Source: Squalus acanthias
Lineage: Eukaryota
Direction: 5' to 3'
Assembly (NCBI GenBank): GCA_030390025.1
Contig: CM059452.1
Span: 9,672,001 to 9,736,000, forward strand
Length of the DNA stretch: 64,000 bases
In this document: one piece after another, positions 46,968 through 57,607 of the stretch
How positions within the stretch are numbered: position 1 is the stretch's first letter
Layout of the letters: each line of letters begins with the position of its first letter
Position numbers and translations under genes: made by a program
Notes under the pieces: generated by a model
The model's database searches: none
Told to the model about the DNA's origin: nothing
The model's input: only the letters and a program-made list of their open reading frames with translations

Positions 46968-48250
46968 AGTAAATTGGATACAGAATCGTCAGAGCATATA
47001 TAGATGGAAAAAAAAGCATGTGTACTTTACAATTGCAGACCAATAAATTAAATCATCCTGACTATCTGCCGAGGTGTGATAAAGTTAATTAAGTCAGCCA
47101 GGAAGGTACCACATCAAAAGACATAGCAAGATACAACTGAGACAATGAGGTGAAGTCGCAGGGGTTCTAACGTGTCAAAAGCTGCCGTATGTATGTAAAA
47201 CGAAAAGCTTTAAAAAAAAAATTTACTTTTTTACTGGGAAAATGTTTACTTTTTTACTGGGAATCACATCTGTGAACAAGCTAACGACGACTCGAGTCCG
47301 GATCACGTCATGTATCGTGACATAAACCCAAGATCCCGATTGAGACCGTCTTCATGAGTGCAGAACTTGGCTATCAGTTTCTGCTCGATGATTTTGCGTT
47401 GTCTTCAAACAGCCGCCTAACCTCAGAAGTACCATCGTTCGCAGCAAATTACCCAGCTTTCAGGATAACAGCGACCACGACACCACACAACCCTGCCATG
47501 GCAAACTCTGCAAGACATGCCAGATCATCAACACAGATACCACCATCACACGTGAGGACACTACCCACCAGGTACATGGTACATACTCATGTGACTCGGC
47601 CAACGTTGTCTACCTCATACGTTGCAGGAAAGAATGCACCGCGGCATGGTACATCGGCGAGACCATGCAGACACTGAGACAACGTATGAACGAGCACCGC
47701 GCAACAATCGCCAGGCAGGATTGTTCCCTCCCAGTCGGGGAACACTTCAGCAGTCAAGGACATTCAGCCTCGGATCTGCGGGTAAGCGTTCTCCAAGGCA
47801 ACCTTAGAAACACACGACAACGCAAAATCATCGAGCAGAAACTGATAGCCAAGTTCTGCACTCATGAAGACGGTCTCAATCGGGATCTTGGGTTTATGTC
47901 ACGATACATGACGTGATCCGGACTCGAGTCGTCGTTAGCTTGTTCACAGATGTGATTCCCAGTAAAAAAGTAAACATTTTCCCAGTAAAAAAGTAAATTT
48001 TTTTTTAAAGCTTTTCGTTTTACATACATACGGCAGCTTTTGACACGTTAGAACCCCTGCGACTTCACCTCATTGTCTCAGTTGTATCTTGCTATGTCTT
48101 TTGATGTGGTACCTTCCTGGCTGACTTAATTAACTTTATCACACCTCGGCAGATAGTCAGGATGATTTAATTTATTGGTCTGCAATTGTAAAGTACACAT
48201 GCTTTTTTTTCCATCTATATATGCTCTGACGATTCTGTATCCAATTTACT

Positions 48251-48288
48251 TCACCTGAGGAAGGAGCGATAGTTCCGAAAGCTTGTGA
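48251..48288 (+). ncRNA. Minimal hammerhead ribozyme motif in the Penelope pLTR
   Basis: tcacctgaggaaggagcgatagttccgaaagcttgtga. Confidence 0.8.
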
Positions 48289-48605
48289 TTTCAAATAAAA
48301 CTGTTGGACTATAACCTGGTGTTGTGCGACCTCTCTATTTAAAGTAACCCAGGCGCACAGTCTCATCAGCAGATAAACACCAAATCACATCAATCAGGGG
48401 CTCAATCCCTAAACAACATTTTTCCTGAAGAAACTGTTTAAATCTATTATCCCTTTGCAGCAGAATCAAATGAAACATTGCAAAAAATCTCAATACAGAA
48501 TCCACCGAACCCAAGTTTCAGTGAATGAATGAATTATTGAAATAAACAGAAATACAAAATAAAGACACAAATACAACAGTTGCTGAAAGAGTGAATGTTT
48601 CTTAC

Positions 48606-48653
48606 CTGCAGTCACCGTCACCATGGTGCCTTGGCCCCAGTAGTCGAAGTAGT
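48606..48653 (-). CDS. IGHJ: JH segment
   Basis: YFDYWGQGTMVTVTA with gtaag donor. RSS heptamer 48654-48660, 23-bp spacer, nonamer 48684-48692. Confidence 0.97.
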
Positions 48654-49044
48654 CACAGTGTTCCATTCCCCGGGCTGGGTCACACAATAACCGGCTCTGT
48701 GTAAAACAGACAGAAATCCAACATTAGTTTAAATATTCACATCCCAGAGGAAAAGTAAAGTCACGATGCATCTTCATAAAATGATAAATGTGTCAATGGA
48801 TACTTTTCACTCTTCATAAATTCCCTGATGATTTATATTTCACAGAGTAACCCATGAACAGTTATTGAAAGCACCAACTGATCAATGATTAATTATCACA
48901 GTTTATCCATATTAAACTGTGCTAGTGGACAGTGCTGGACACAAATAGGACTTCACTGCGTCTACAGTTGGATTGTGAAAGCGACACTGACCGAGACTCA
49001 CTCAATTAGTGCTGAGGGTTTTTGTATTGACAGTAACTGCTGTG

Positions 49045-49058
49045 CCACCCAGTTGTAC
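49045..49058 (-). other. IgH D2 segment (gtacaactgggtgg), 12/12 RSS
   Basis: 5': agtatttgg-12-cactgtg. 3': cacagca-12-acaaaaacc. Confidence 0.95.
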
Positions 49059-49437
49059 CACAGTGAGACTCGCCGTGCCAAATACTCCGGCGGACTGTTA
49101 ACTGTAAAATACAGAGATGAAATTCCACAGCGCTCTCAAAACCCTGATTCCGACTCCCCTAAGAGTGAATCAGAGAGATATTTCAGTTTGTGCTGGTCAT
49201 TATCTTTATAAAGGGAATTGGAAAACTTCTGAAGCATCTGTGCATATTTAGCACGACAATTAACACTAATAAAGCAGAACACTTTCATAAATTTTTATAA
49301 ATCTATCTTACTTTTACCCATTATTTTAATTTAAGCCTCGTTTTCTCCGATTCTCCTGCCGTGGCAGAGATCGCAGGTGTGAGCAAACTCGCTGTCTGGG
49401 GTTTTTGTATGAGGAGCTCGCTCTGTGCAGCACCGTG

Positions 49438-49451
49438 ACCCACTGCTGTAC
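49438..49451 (-). other. IgH D1 segment (gtacagcagtgggt), 12/22 RSS
   Basis: 5': agtatttgt-12-cactgtg. 3': cacggtg-22-acaaaaacc. This is the classic shark D1 configuration. Confidence 0.95.
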
Positions 49452-49907
49452 CACAGTGACAGGAACCCGCACAAATACTGCACTCACTCCCTGTTCAGTG
49501 CCGCCTCTCAACATTCACTTCAAATAGACATTCACTTCTGATCTAGTTTAGAATTTATCCAACAGTTTACACAACGTAATAGAAAGTGAACACAGTCCCA
49601 ACCAACTCCCTCCAGGTATCAATCATATTGAAACGAGCATTAACTCCAGCTCTGCCATTACTGACACTGTGAACAGTAAACATGAGCACAGCCAAAACCT
49701 CTCCTCAGTACATCGGTTACTGTGCTAGATTTTTACCATTGAATTTTCAGTCTGTTCATTCAGTAAGAAGCGGCGTGTGGTCTGGTTCTGAACAATACGT
49801 TAAGATCGCGTTTAATACAATTACTGACCGTCAGATTATGATGGAAATTGTTGAATGTCCCCTCGTTCTGTTCTTGTACGGGTCCAGCCCTGGTTCCTCT
49901 CGCTGTG

Positions 49908-50385
49908 GTGTCTTGCACAGTAATAGATGGCGGTGTCTTCGGTCCTCAGGTTCTTCATGTCCAAAGCGAAGATGCTGTTTGAAGTGTCTTTGGACGCAGT
50001 AAATCGACTCTGGATCCCTGGGGCGTAGTTATTGCTTGATGAACTGTAGTAGTCAACCAGCCACTCCAGCCCCTGTCCGGGAACCTGTCGGACCCAGTTC
50101 ATGTAGGTGCTACTAAGAGTCAACCCGCTGGTTTTACAGGTCAGTCTCAAGGAGCCTCCGGGACTCCCGGTCTCTGCCTCTGGCTGCGTCAACACGATAT
50201 CCGACTGGACACCTGTAAAAACAATCAAAAACCCCGAGGATTAATCCTGGTGAAATGATTCCTGACTCTGTAGCATTCCAGAGAGAGACTAACACTGAGA
50301 CAGTAACAGTGAGAGACTTGGACAATAAAAACTACTCACCGGATAAGAAAGCCAACAACAGACTGAGAGAAATCGCCGACCTCAT
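49908..50385 (-). CDS. IGHV: IgM VH segment, intact (leader 50385-50340, V exon 50212-49908)
   Basis: [15 protein letters not shown]|[12 protein letters not shown]...LTCKTSG...[12 protein letters not shown]...[13 protein letters not shown]: cacagcg (49901-49907), 23-bp spacer, acaagaaca (49869-49877). Confidence 0.97.
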
Positions 50386-50476
50386 CCTCCTGGCAATGTG
50401 TGGGAAATGGTTCTGACAAGAACTCACTGAGCAAACCCGCTCCCGGACTGTTGTATTGCGGTCCCAGTGACCGGCA

Positions 50477-50560
50477 GTTAAATACCCGGTAGAAGGGGGC
50501 GAGGTTACAGGCGCCGCCTATTGATTCCCTGATAGAGGCGGCTACTGGATCCACGTCACA
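50477..50560 (-). promoter_or_regulatory. VH promoter: TATA-like box and CRE-like element, no octamer seen
   Basis: tatttaac (50484-50477) and tgtgacgtgg (50560-50551). Confidence 0.6.
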
Positions 50561-52198
50561 CCTTCCACATCACTAACAGAATGGACTTATATCTTTACAC
50601 TAGTTTATTGTTAATGTTGGACCCTGTATCTTTATCCAGGGATAGTTATTTGTCTGTATGGTTACAATGCAATATGTTACTTGATACTAAATAGTGATAT
50701 TGCTGTCGTGAGTGTGTTTAATAATAATTAATTACATCGTGGATTGTAAATTAAATCCCTTTATTTCCACACTCTTTCAGAGGGGATGTGAATCTCTAAG
50801 ATGAAATTACATTATTGGGGTCTAAATTACCTCCAGTACGTGTTTCTCTATCTCTCGCTATCTATCCCCGCACTCTGTACCAGTACAGTATGACCTATAA
50901 TATGAATTGTTATTGATTTATGTAACTGAATGCGGGAGATGGGTAATGTGATTCCATTTACAATGTGGATGGCTATAGCTACATGATTTGGGTCCGGAGA
51001 TGAGTAGAAAGCCCTTACATTATCCAAATGTCTCTGATTGTATTTCTCTAACTGCCCCTGAGTCTGTGACCCAGTCCTTTGAAAATTAACTGTAAAAGTG
51101 GTCCGCTTGCCTGATAAATAAGGAGTGAGCTGACAGAGAAACATAAGAATTTGGGCCCCGCCCGCTTCAGATCCACTTCTGAAAAAGAGAAGCTGGTGAA
51201 TCAGAACCGATAACGCGATCAGCAAACCCCGGCATCCAAATCATTGCAGCAAACTTTAATAGCGCCCGACTGTGTAACATACACTGGTATCAGGAACACA
51301 GTATATCAGAACATAGCGGTATGTTACAGAATATCACAAGAATAAATGCTTCATCGCCCGCTGAAACAGATCACAAACTGGGCATTTCTCTGCCCATTGG
51401 TAGCCGGGCTCTGAGAGGGCTTGTTTAGGAATTCAAATCAGCACAAATTAAACTGCACAGTGCGCGGCTACTAATCGGTAATAAGGGAGCCCTTAGTTCC
51501 AATCAGGCTCACAACTCTGAGAATATTCAAGGCAGTGCAGCGGGTTCGAGGCAATTCCAACTATTGTTTTATTTACTTTGCGATTCCCACTGATCTCATT
51601 ACAGTGTGGGTGTGGAGTCACTAAAATCTCTCTCCAGCACTTCGTGCAGTGCTGAATAAACCGACTGAATTATCTGGAATTATCTTTATTAGGAATGTTT
51701 TTAATTAATTAGCATATGGATCAATTTACTTTTTCTGATCATATTTTATAATATTGTGAGCAAGGAATTTACCGAAAATCATTCTTTAGATGTTATACCA
51801 TGTAAAATGTTTATTTCTTGTAACAGCGCTGCTGAATAATTTAATGTTCAAATAGTTAAATCCCATCTTGTTTCCCAATTCATATTCACGCCAATCTGCC
51901 CCACACAGTATTTGGCAGCAGCCCAGCCGACTGCCGTCAGGGAGGCTCGAACACCCAATGTCATTTACAGGAAGCATCTGGGGTTCTGTGCAGTGAATCA
52001 AAGATCTGTTTCCTCACTACTGACCGCTTGGCTGAAAGCCAACTTCAAACACTTAACATTGTGAGTGAGGCCTATTGATAAACAAATCTGCCCAGCAACA
52101 GTACTGGAGTCAATTTTAATTATTTAGTTGTGTAACTGTGTGTAAAGGTTCCCATCTTTCAAGATAGGAAATATATCCAACGTCTGAGACAGACATAC

Positions 52199-52199
<1 letters not shown>

Positions 52200-52274
<75 letters not shown>
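52200..52274. repeat. (GATA)n microsatellite
   Basis: About 18 perfect units. Confidence 0.97.
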
Positions 52275-52275
<1 letters not shown>

Positions 52276-54659
52276 TAGGGAGACAGACAGACAGAGAGGA
52301 CCTCAGAGAGAGGATACATTCTGAAATAAATAAGTATGCGTTTTTGTGTGGATGGATAGATGGATGTAGCGATGCAGGAATAGATAGATAGTTAGATGTC
52401 TGAATTTTTATTAATGGATCGATGAAAGGATTAATGCAAGGATGAATCGATGGATGGATTGTCCTGAAAGTTGCTGTTAGAACATAAGAAATAGGAGCAG
52501 GAGTAGCCCATTCGGCCCTTCAAGTCTGCCCCGCCATTTAATAAGATCATGGCAGATCTGATCTTGGCCTCAACGTCACTTTTCCGCTAGCTCCCCATAA
52601 CCCTTGACTCCCCTGTAGCTCAAGTATATGTCTACATTCTCATCTTTGTGAGTCTCTACTTCTTAACACGAGGCAGCCCCTTTACATTTGTGTCAGATGG
52701 CGCCTCCAGTCCTTCCTGATTTTCTGTATCGTTTCACTCCATACAGTGTCCATTTATAACGAGCTGAAGATCACGAAGAGAAGCCTGGAGGTATCCACGC
52801 GGTACCAAGGATCCTTCTATGGTGATGGGGAATCTCCATCTCAGAGATAAAGCCAGCACGTGTCTGGGTTGAGAAGGGAGAAGTGTAATATTTGGAACAT
52901 GTGGTCCTTTCATGTACAACAAAGCACTCAATATATCCTCACCCGAATTACTTCAATCAATGCGGAAACACAGCAGATCAACGGGTACATCATTTTTCCA
53001 CTTCCCCAACTAAATCCTTCCTCCACTGTGAGCCTGGTGCAGTCACACCATTCTGAACACACGGATAAATGGAGCATGAACTGTGACTTTCTTTACCGCC
53101 ATATAGTCATTGCAAGTCATTGTCACAGTGAAATATGTCCCGTGGGTTTTGGACATTGTGGTCGCAAATTGAAATGCCCTTAACTCCTTTAACCACACTC
53201 CCCAGAGCCTTTCCATTCAGCCCATTCATTCACTGAATGAATTGTTCACCAGTTGGGCGGGTAAGGTCAGTACATCACTGAGATGTGCTCAGGTTGATGG
53301 GGTCACTGTGATGGGGATATATGGTTAGAGTGGACATGGTACATCATGCAGACAGAGCTGAATCGGTGAAGTTGCCGAATTTGGTGATTTGAATGACAAT
53401 TTTTAGGCTCAATGCTCTATGACATGAGGTTAAATCAGACTCTTATTTCTCAAAAGGTTGTACTTTTTTGTGCGACTTGTTTAGATTCGTGGAGAACTGG
53501 TTTAGAGATATAAAGAAAGGAATAAGGTGCCATTATGGACATATTTAGAAATTACTTATCCACGTAATTTTCTGGTCCAAATGTATAGCTTCAAACCTTT
53601 TTTAATGTCCCAAAGTGCTTTAAAATGAATTGTTAATATTGAAGTGTTATTGGTGATGTGATTTTCGGCGAATGGCTCCGAGGTGACTGATTCCTGATTG
53701 AGCCTCTCCCCCTTGTATAAGAGGCGCTCTCCCATAATCGACGGATTATTAGTGTGGTTTGTGCACAATTTCCATTCCCGCTCAATACCCCACACTCAGG
53801 AGTAACAAACTGTCTCTGCGCCAACTAACAGAAATAGTGACAGATGGACGGAGAGAGATTTCCGGAACCATTGGTATTTCCCAGGCCGTCATATTACTAA
53901 ACAAATGATATTTCTCAATACTGTCGGCCTTCATCATGTTTTCCAAACCACAGATGTTTCTCAATCCATTGATGGGTTCAATCTATTGATAGTTCCCCAA
54001 GCATCAACTTTCTCAAACAATTGATATTTTGCAATCGATTGATGTTTCTCGACCAATCAATGATTCCCAAACCTTTCAGGACTCCCAATCGATTGACGTT
54101 TAGCAATCTATTAATGATCACCAATCCTTTAACGATTCACAATCCATTGATGTTTCGTTTAATAAAATAAGAGAGCTCGCCCACATATCCTTGGGGTTGT
54201 ACAAAAGGCCAGTATTGTAAGATGGCAGAAACCTCGCAGTGTTGTAGGGATGGAGGAGTTTACACAGATATGAAGCAGCGAAGCAATGGTGGAATTTTAG
54301 AACAAGTCTGGAGAGTTTTAAAATCCAGGCGTTGCCGGACCAGGAGTCAATGTAGGTCAGTGAGCACAGGGGTGATGGGTGAACGGGACTTGGTGCGAGT
54401 TAGGATGCGGGCAGCAGAGTTTTGGATGAGCTGCAATTGATGGAGTTTAGTATTATAACCGCTGGGCTGGTTGGCCCACTGTTAGAGTGCTGTGTGCAGT
54501 GCCTGACGTCTCATTATAGGAAGGGCATTAAAGTTCTAGAGACTGTAACAGCTCAGATTCACTGGGACAGCCCGAGAAAGGGGAGCTACGGTAATGATGA
54601 GAGATTTCAGATTTTCATTTAAGCTGAAGCAGAAATAAAGATTGAATTTACTTCAATCC

Positions 54660-55180
54660 ACCCATTAGGAGGGATATCAAGGTCTTGGAGCGGGTGCAGA
54701 GGAGATTTACTAGAATTGTACCAGGGATGAGGGACTTCAGTTATGTGGAGAGACTGGAGAAGCTGGGGTTGTTCTCCTTCGAGCAGAGAAGGTTAAAGGG
54801 AATTTACTAGAACTGTTGAAAATCATAAAGGGTTTTGATAGAGTTGATAGTGAGATAATGTTTCCACTGGCAGCAGTGTCGGTAACCAGACGACACAGAT
54901 TTAGGATAATTGGCAAAAAAACAGCGGGGATCTGAGGAGATTTTTTTGCAGCGAGTTGTTATGATCTGGATTGCACTGCCTGAAAGGGTGGCGGAAGCAG
55001 ATTCAACAGTATCTTTCAAAAGGGAATTGGATAAATACTTGAAAGGAAACATTTACAGGGCTTTGGAGACAGAACAGGAGAGTGGAAGTAATTGGACAGC
55101 TCATTCAAAGAGCTGGAACAGGCACAGGCACGATGGGCCGAGTGGCCTCCTTCTGTGCCGTAAGATCCCAGGATTCTGTG
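54660..55180 (+). mobile_element. CR1 3' fragment
   Basis: VLERVQRRFTRIVPG...FLQRVVMIWIALP and 3' tail. Confidence 0.85.
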
Positions 55181-55864
55181 AATTGAAATTGCATTAATCA
55201 CAAGTTCTGTAATTGAAATCTTGAAGTTGCTATTTGTGATATTAGGTTGTGGACGCTTAATGGCGACGGTAATAACCGATGTTATTATAAAATAGTGGAT
55301 ATAAAATGTCACCTGAGCCCATTAAGCATTTTAGTAGCAGCTTGGCTAAAGTGACTTTATTCTGGTTTCAGAATCAGTAGATTGTGGATTTCAACTCAAC
55401 TTCAGCTCCTGAGCACATTAACTAGGCGTCCAATCGGTGCAGCACTGAAAAGGAACGACCTTTCCTGAACCAATAATCTCTCCCCGCCCGCCGCACCTTG
55501 TCTGTTGAGGTGGACATTAAAGCTCCCAGGGCCCCACACTGTGTCCGGGTCAACATTCATCCCTTCAACCAAGTTCAACAGAAATATATTAACAGGAACC
55601 GAGACACTTTGCTCTTTTGCTGATCTTTCTGTGCGCGAATCGACCACATTCACCTGTAATTAGTTGCACTTTAAATCCTTTGGCAGCTCCCGCAGAATGT
55701 GACGAGGTGGTACATCAATGCAAGGTGTTTCTTGATGCATTAATATCAGAAACAGCAACTGACATCATCATTTTCCCAATAGGAGCAATGGCAAACCTTG
55801 GTCACCAGGTGGCAGCGAAACTCGATTGCTTACCTTACACTGAACAGGTGCTGTCTCAATTATT

Positions 55865-56945
55865 ACTGCACTAGACCCTGTCTCTGTTTATATTACTCTC
55901 CCTCAGTTATTAATGCATTAGAACCTGCCTCAGTTATTACTGCACTAGAACCTGTCCCAATATATATTGCATTAGACCCTGTCTCAGTAATTACTACACT
56001 AGGCCCTATCTCAGTTATTACTGCACTAGAGTCTGTCTCTGTTTATATTAAACAGGACCCTGTCTCTGTTTATATTACACTGGACCATGTCTCTGTTTAT
56101 ATTACACTAGACCATGTCTCAGTTTATATTACACTAGGCCCTGTCTCTGTTTATATTACACCAGACCATGTCTCTGTTTATATTACACTAGACCCTGTCT
56201 CTGTTTATATTTACACTGGACCCTGTGTCTGTTTGTATTACACTAGACCCTGTCTCTGTTTATATTACACTAGACCCTGTCTGTTTATATAACACTAGAC
56301 CCTGTCTCTGTTTATATTACACTAGACCCTGTCTCTGTTTATATTACACCAGACCCTGCCTCAGTTATTACTGCACTTGACCATGTCTCTGTTTTTATTA
56401 CACTAGACTCTGTCTCTGTTTATATTACACTAGACACTGTCCCTGTTTATATTACACTAGACCCTGTCTCTGTTTCTATTACACTAGACTCTGTCTCTGT
56501 TTATATTACACTAGACCATGTCTCTGTTTATATTACACTAGACCCTGTCTCTGTTTATATTACACTAGACCATGTCTCTGTTTATATTACACTAGACCCT
56601 GTCTCTGTTTATATTACACGGGACCCTGTCCCTGTTTATATTACACTAGACCCTGTCTCTGTTTATATTACACTAGACCCTGTCTCTGTTTATATTACAC
56701 TAGACCATGTCTCTGTTTATATTACACTAGACCCTGTCTCTGTTTATATTACACTAGACCCTGTCTCTGTTTATATTACACTAGACCCTGTCCCTGTTTA
56801 TATTACACTAGACCCTGTCTCTGTTTATATTACACTAGACCCTGTCTCTGTTTATATTACACTAGACTCTGTCTCTGTTTATATTACACTAGACCATGTC
56901 TCTGTTTATATTACACTAGACCATGTCTCATTTATTACTGCACTC
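55865..56945. repeat. 27-bp minisatellite, ~40 copies
   Basis: Unit cactagaccctgtctctgtttatatta. Confidence 0.95.
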
Positions 56946-57607
56946 GTCCACTCTCTATTTGTGGCAAACTCTGTGTGTAAAAGTTAACTAATTCACACTG
57001 GTGTTGTCCTGTGCCAATTGATCGCAGTTTTAATGTTAAGGATTGTTTTACCTGCAGTATTTTTTATTCAACCTTCACGTGACCCCCGATTATGTGACAG
57101 ATCCTGGAACCGTGACCTCACAGCATCGAGTTCACTAACGCTCATCTGGTTAAGAGGAACAACTGAAAAGAGCACAGACAAAGTGTTTGTTTTATATATG
57201 TGTGTGTGTGTGATTGCATTAATTTTTGCAAGTGCATTCTACAAAAATAAATGATTATTTCACCAGTTATTTTTCAGCATTTTATTTTCTTTTATTCAAA
57301 ATAAATTGCAGATGGTTTAATATCTTTGATATTTATTGATAACCCATTCTCTGAGTGCTCTTGGTTATAAAGCGATGTCACGCTGACCATTCCGTTACCA
57401 AGGTGAGCATGTCTGTCCGTAGTATTCAGTTGGGAAGGGAATTAAATCAGAGCGAGGATAATGAGTAGCTACGCACCAGACTCTGCGCTTTATTGTCAAG
57501 TGATCACCTCAGCATCACACAGATTCTCCTGATATACACCTCGAGCATGTGATGATTGGTGTAAGTAATGGTAAAAATTAAAATCTACATATACCTCATA
57601 TCCCTCG

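Larger units (their letters stand above)
46842..48335 (+). mobile_element. Penelope-like retroelement, 5'-truncated, with inverted pseudo-LTR
   Basis: GIY-YIG endonuclease (CHGKLCKTC...NVVYLIRC...WYIGET...RQRMNEH...EQKLI...GLN), stop at 47916. 12-bp TSD tatttaaagtaa at 46830-46841 and 48336-48347. Inverted arms 46883-47403 and 47816-48335. Confidence 0.93.

Noticed and set aside
30504-50385. IgW, IgNAR or germline-joined identity for the Ig cluster
   Set aside because: Four mu-type C domains, a mu tailpiece and unjoined V, D1, D2 and J with intact RSSs indicate a conventional rearranging IgM.
53930-54155. Degenerate ~18-bp repeats with caatc(c/g)attg quasi-palindromes
   Set aside because: Looks like an old minisatellite; no evidence of function.
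57060-57170. Possible minus-strand terminal exon (ttttcag acceptor, aataaa), plus an acceptor-like site near 61180
   Set aside because: No recognisable protein and no linked exons; not an Ig TM or C exon.
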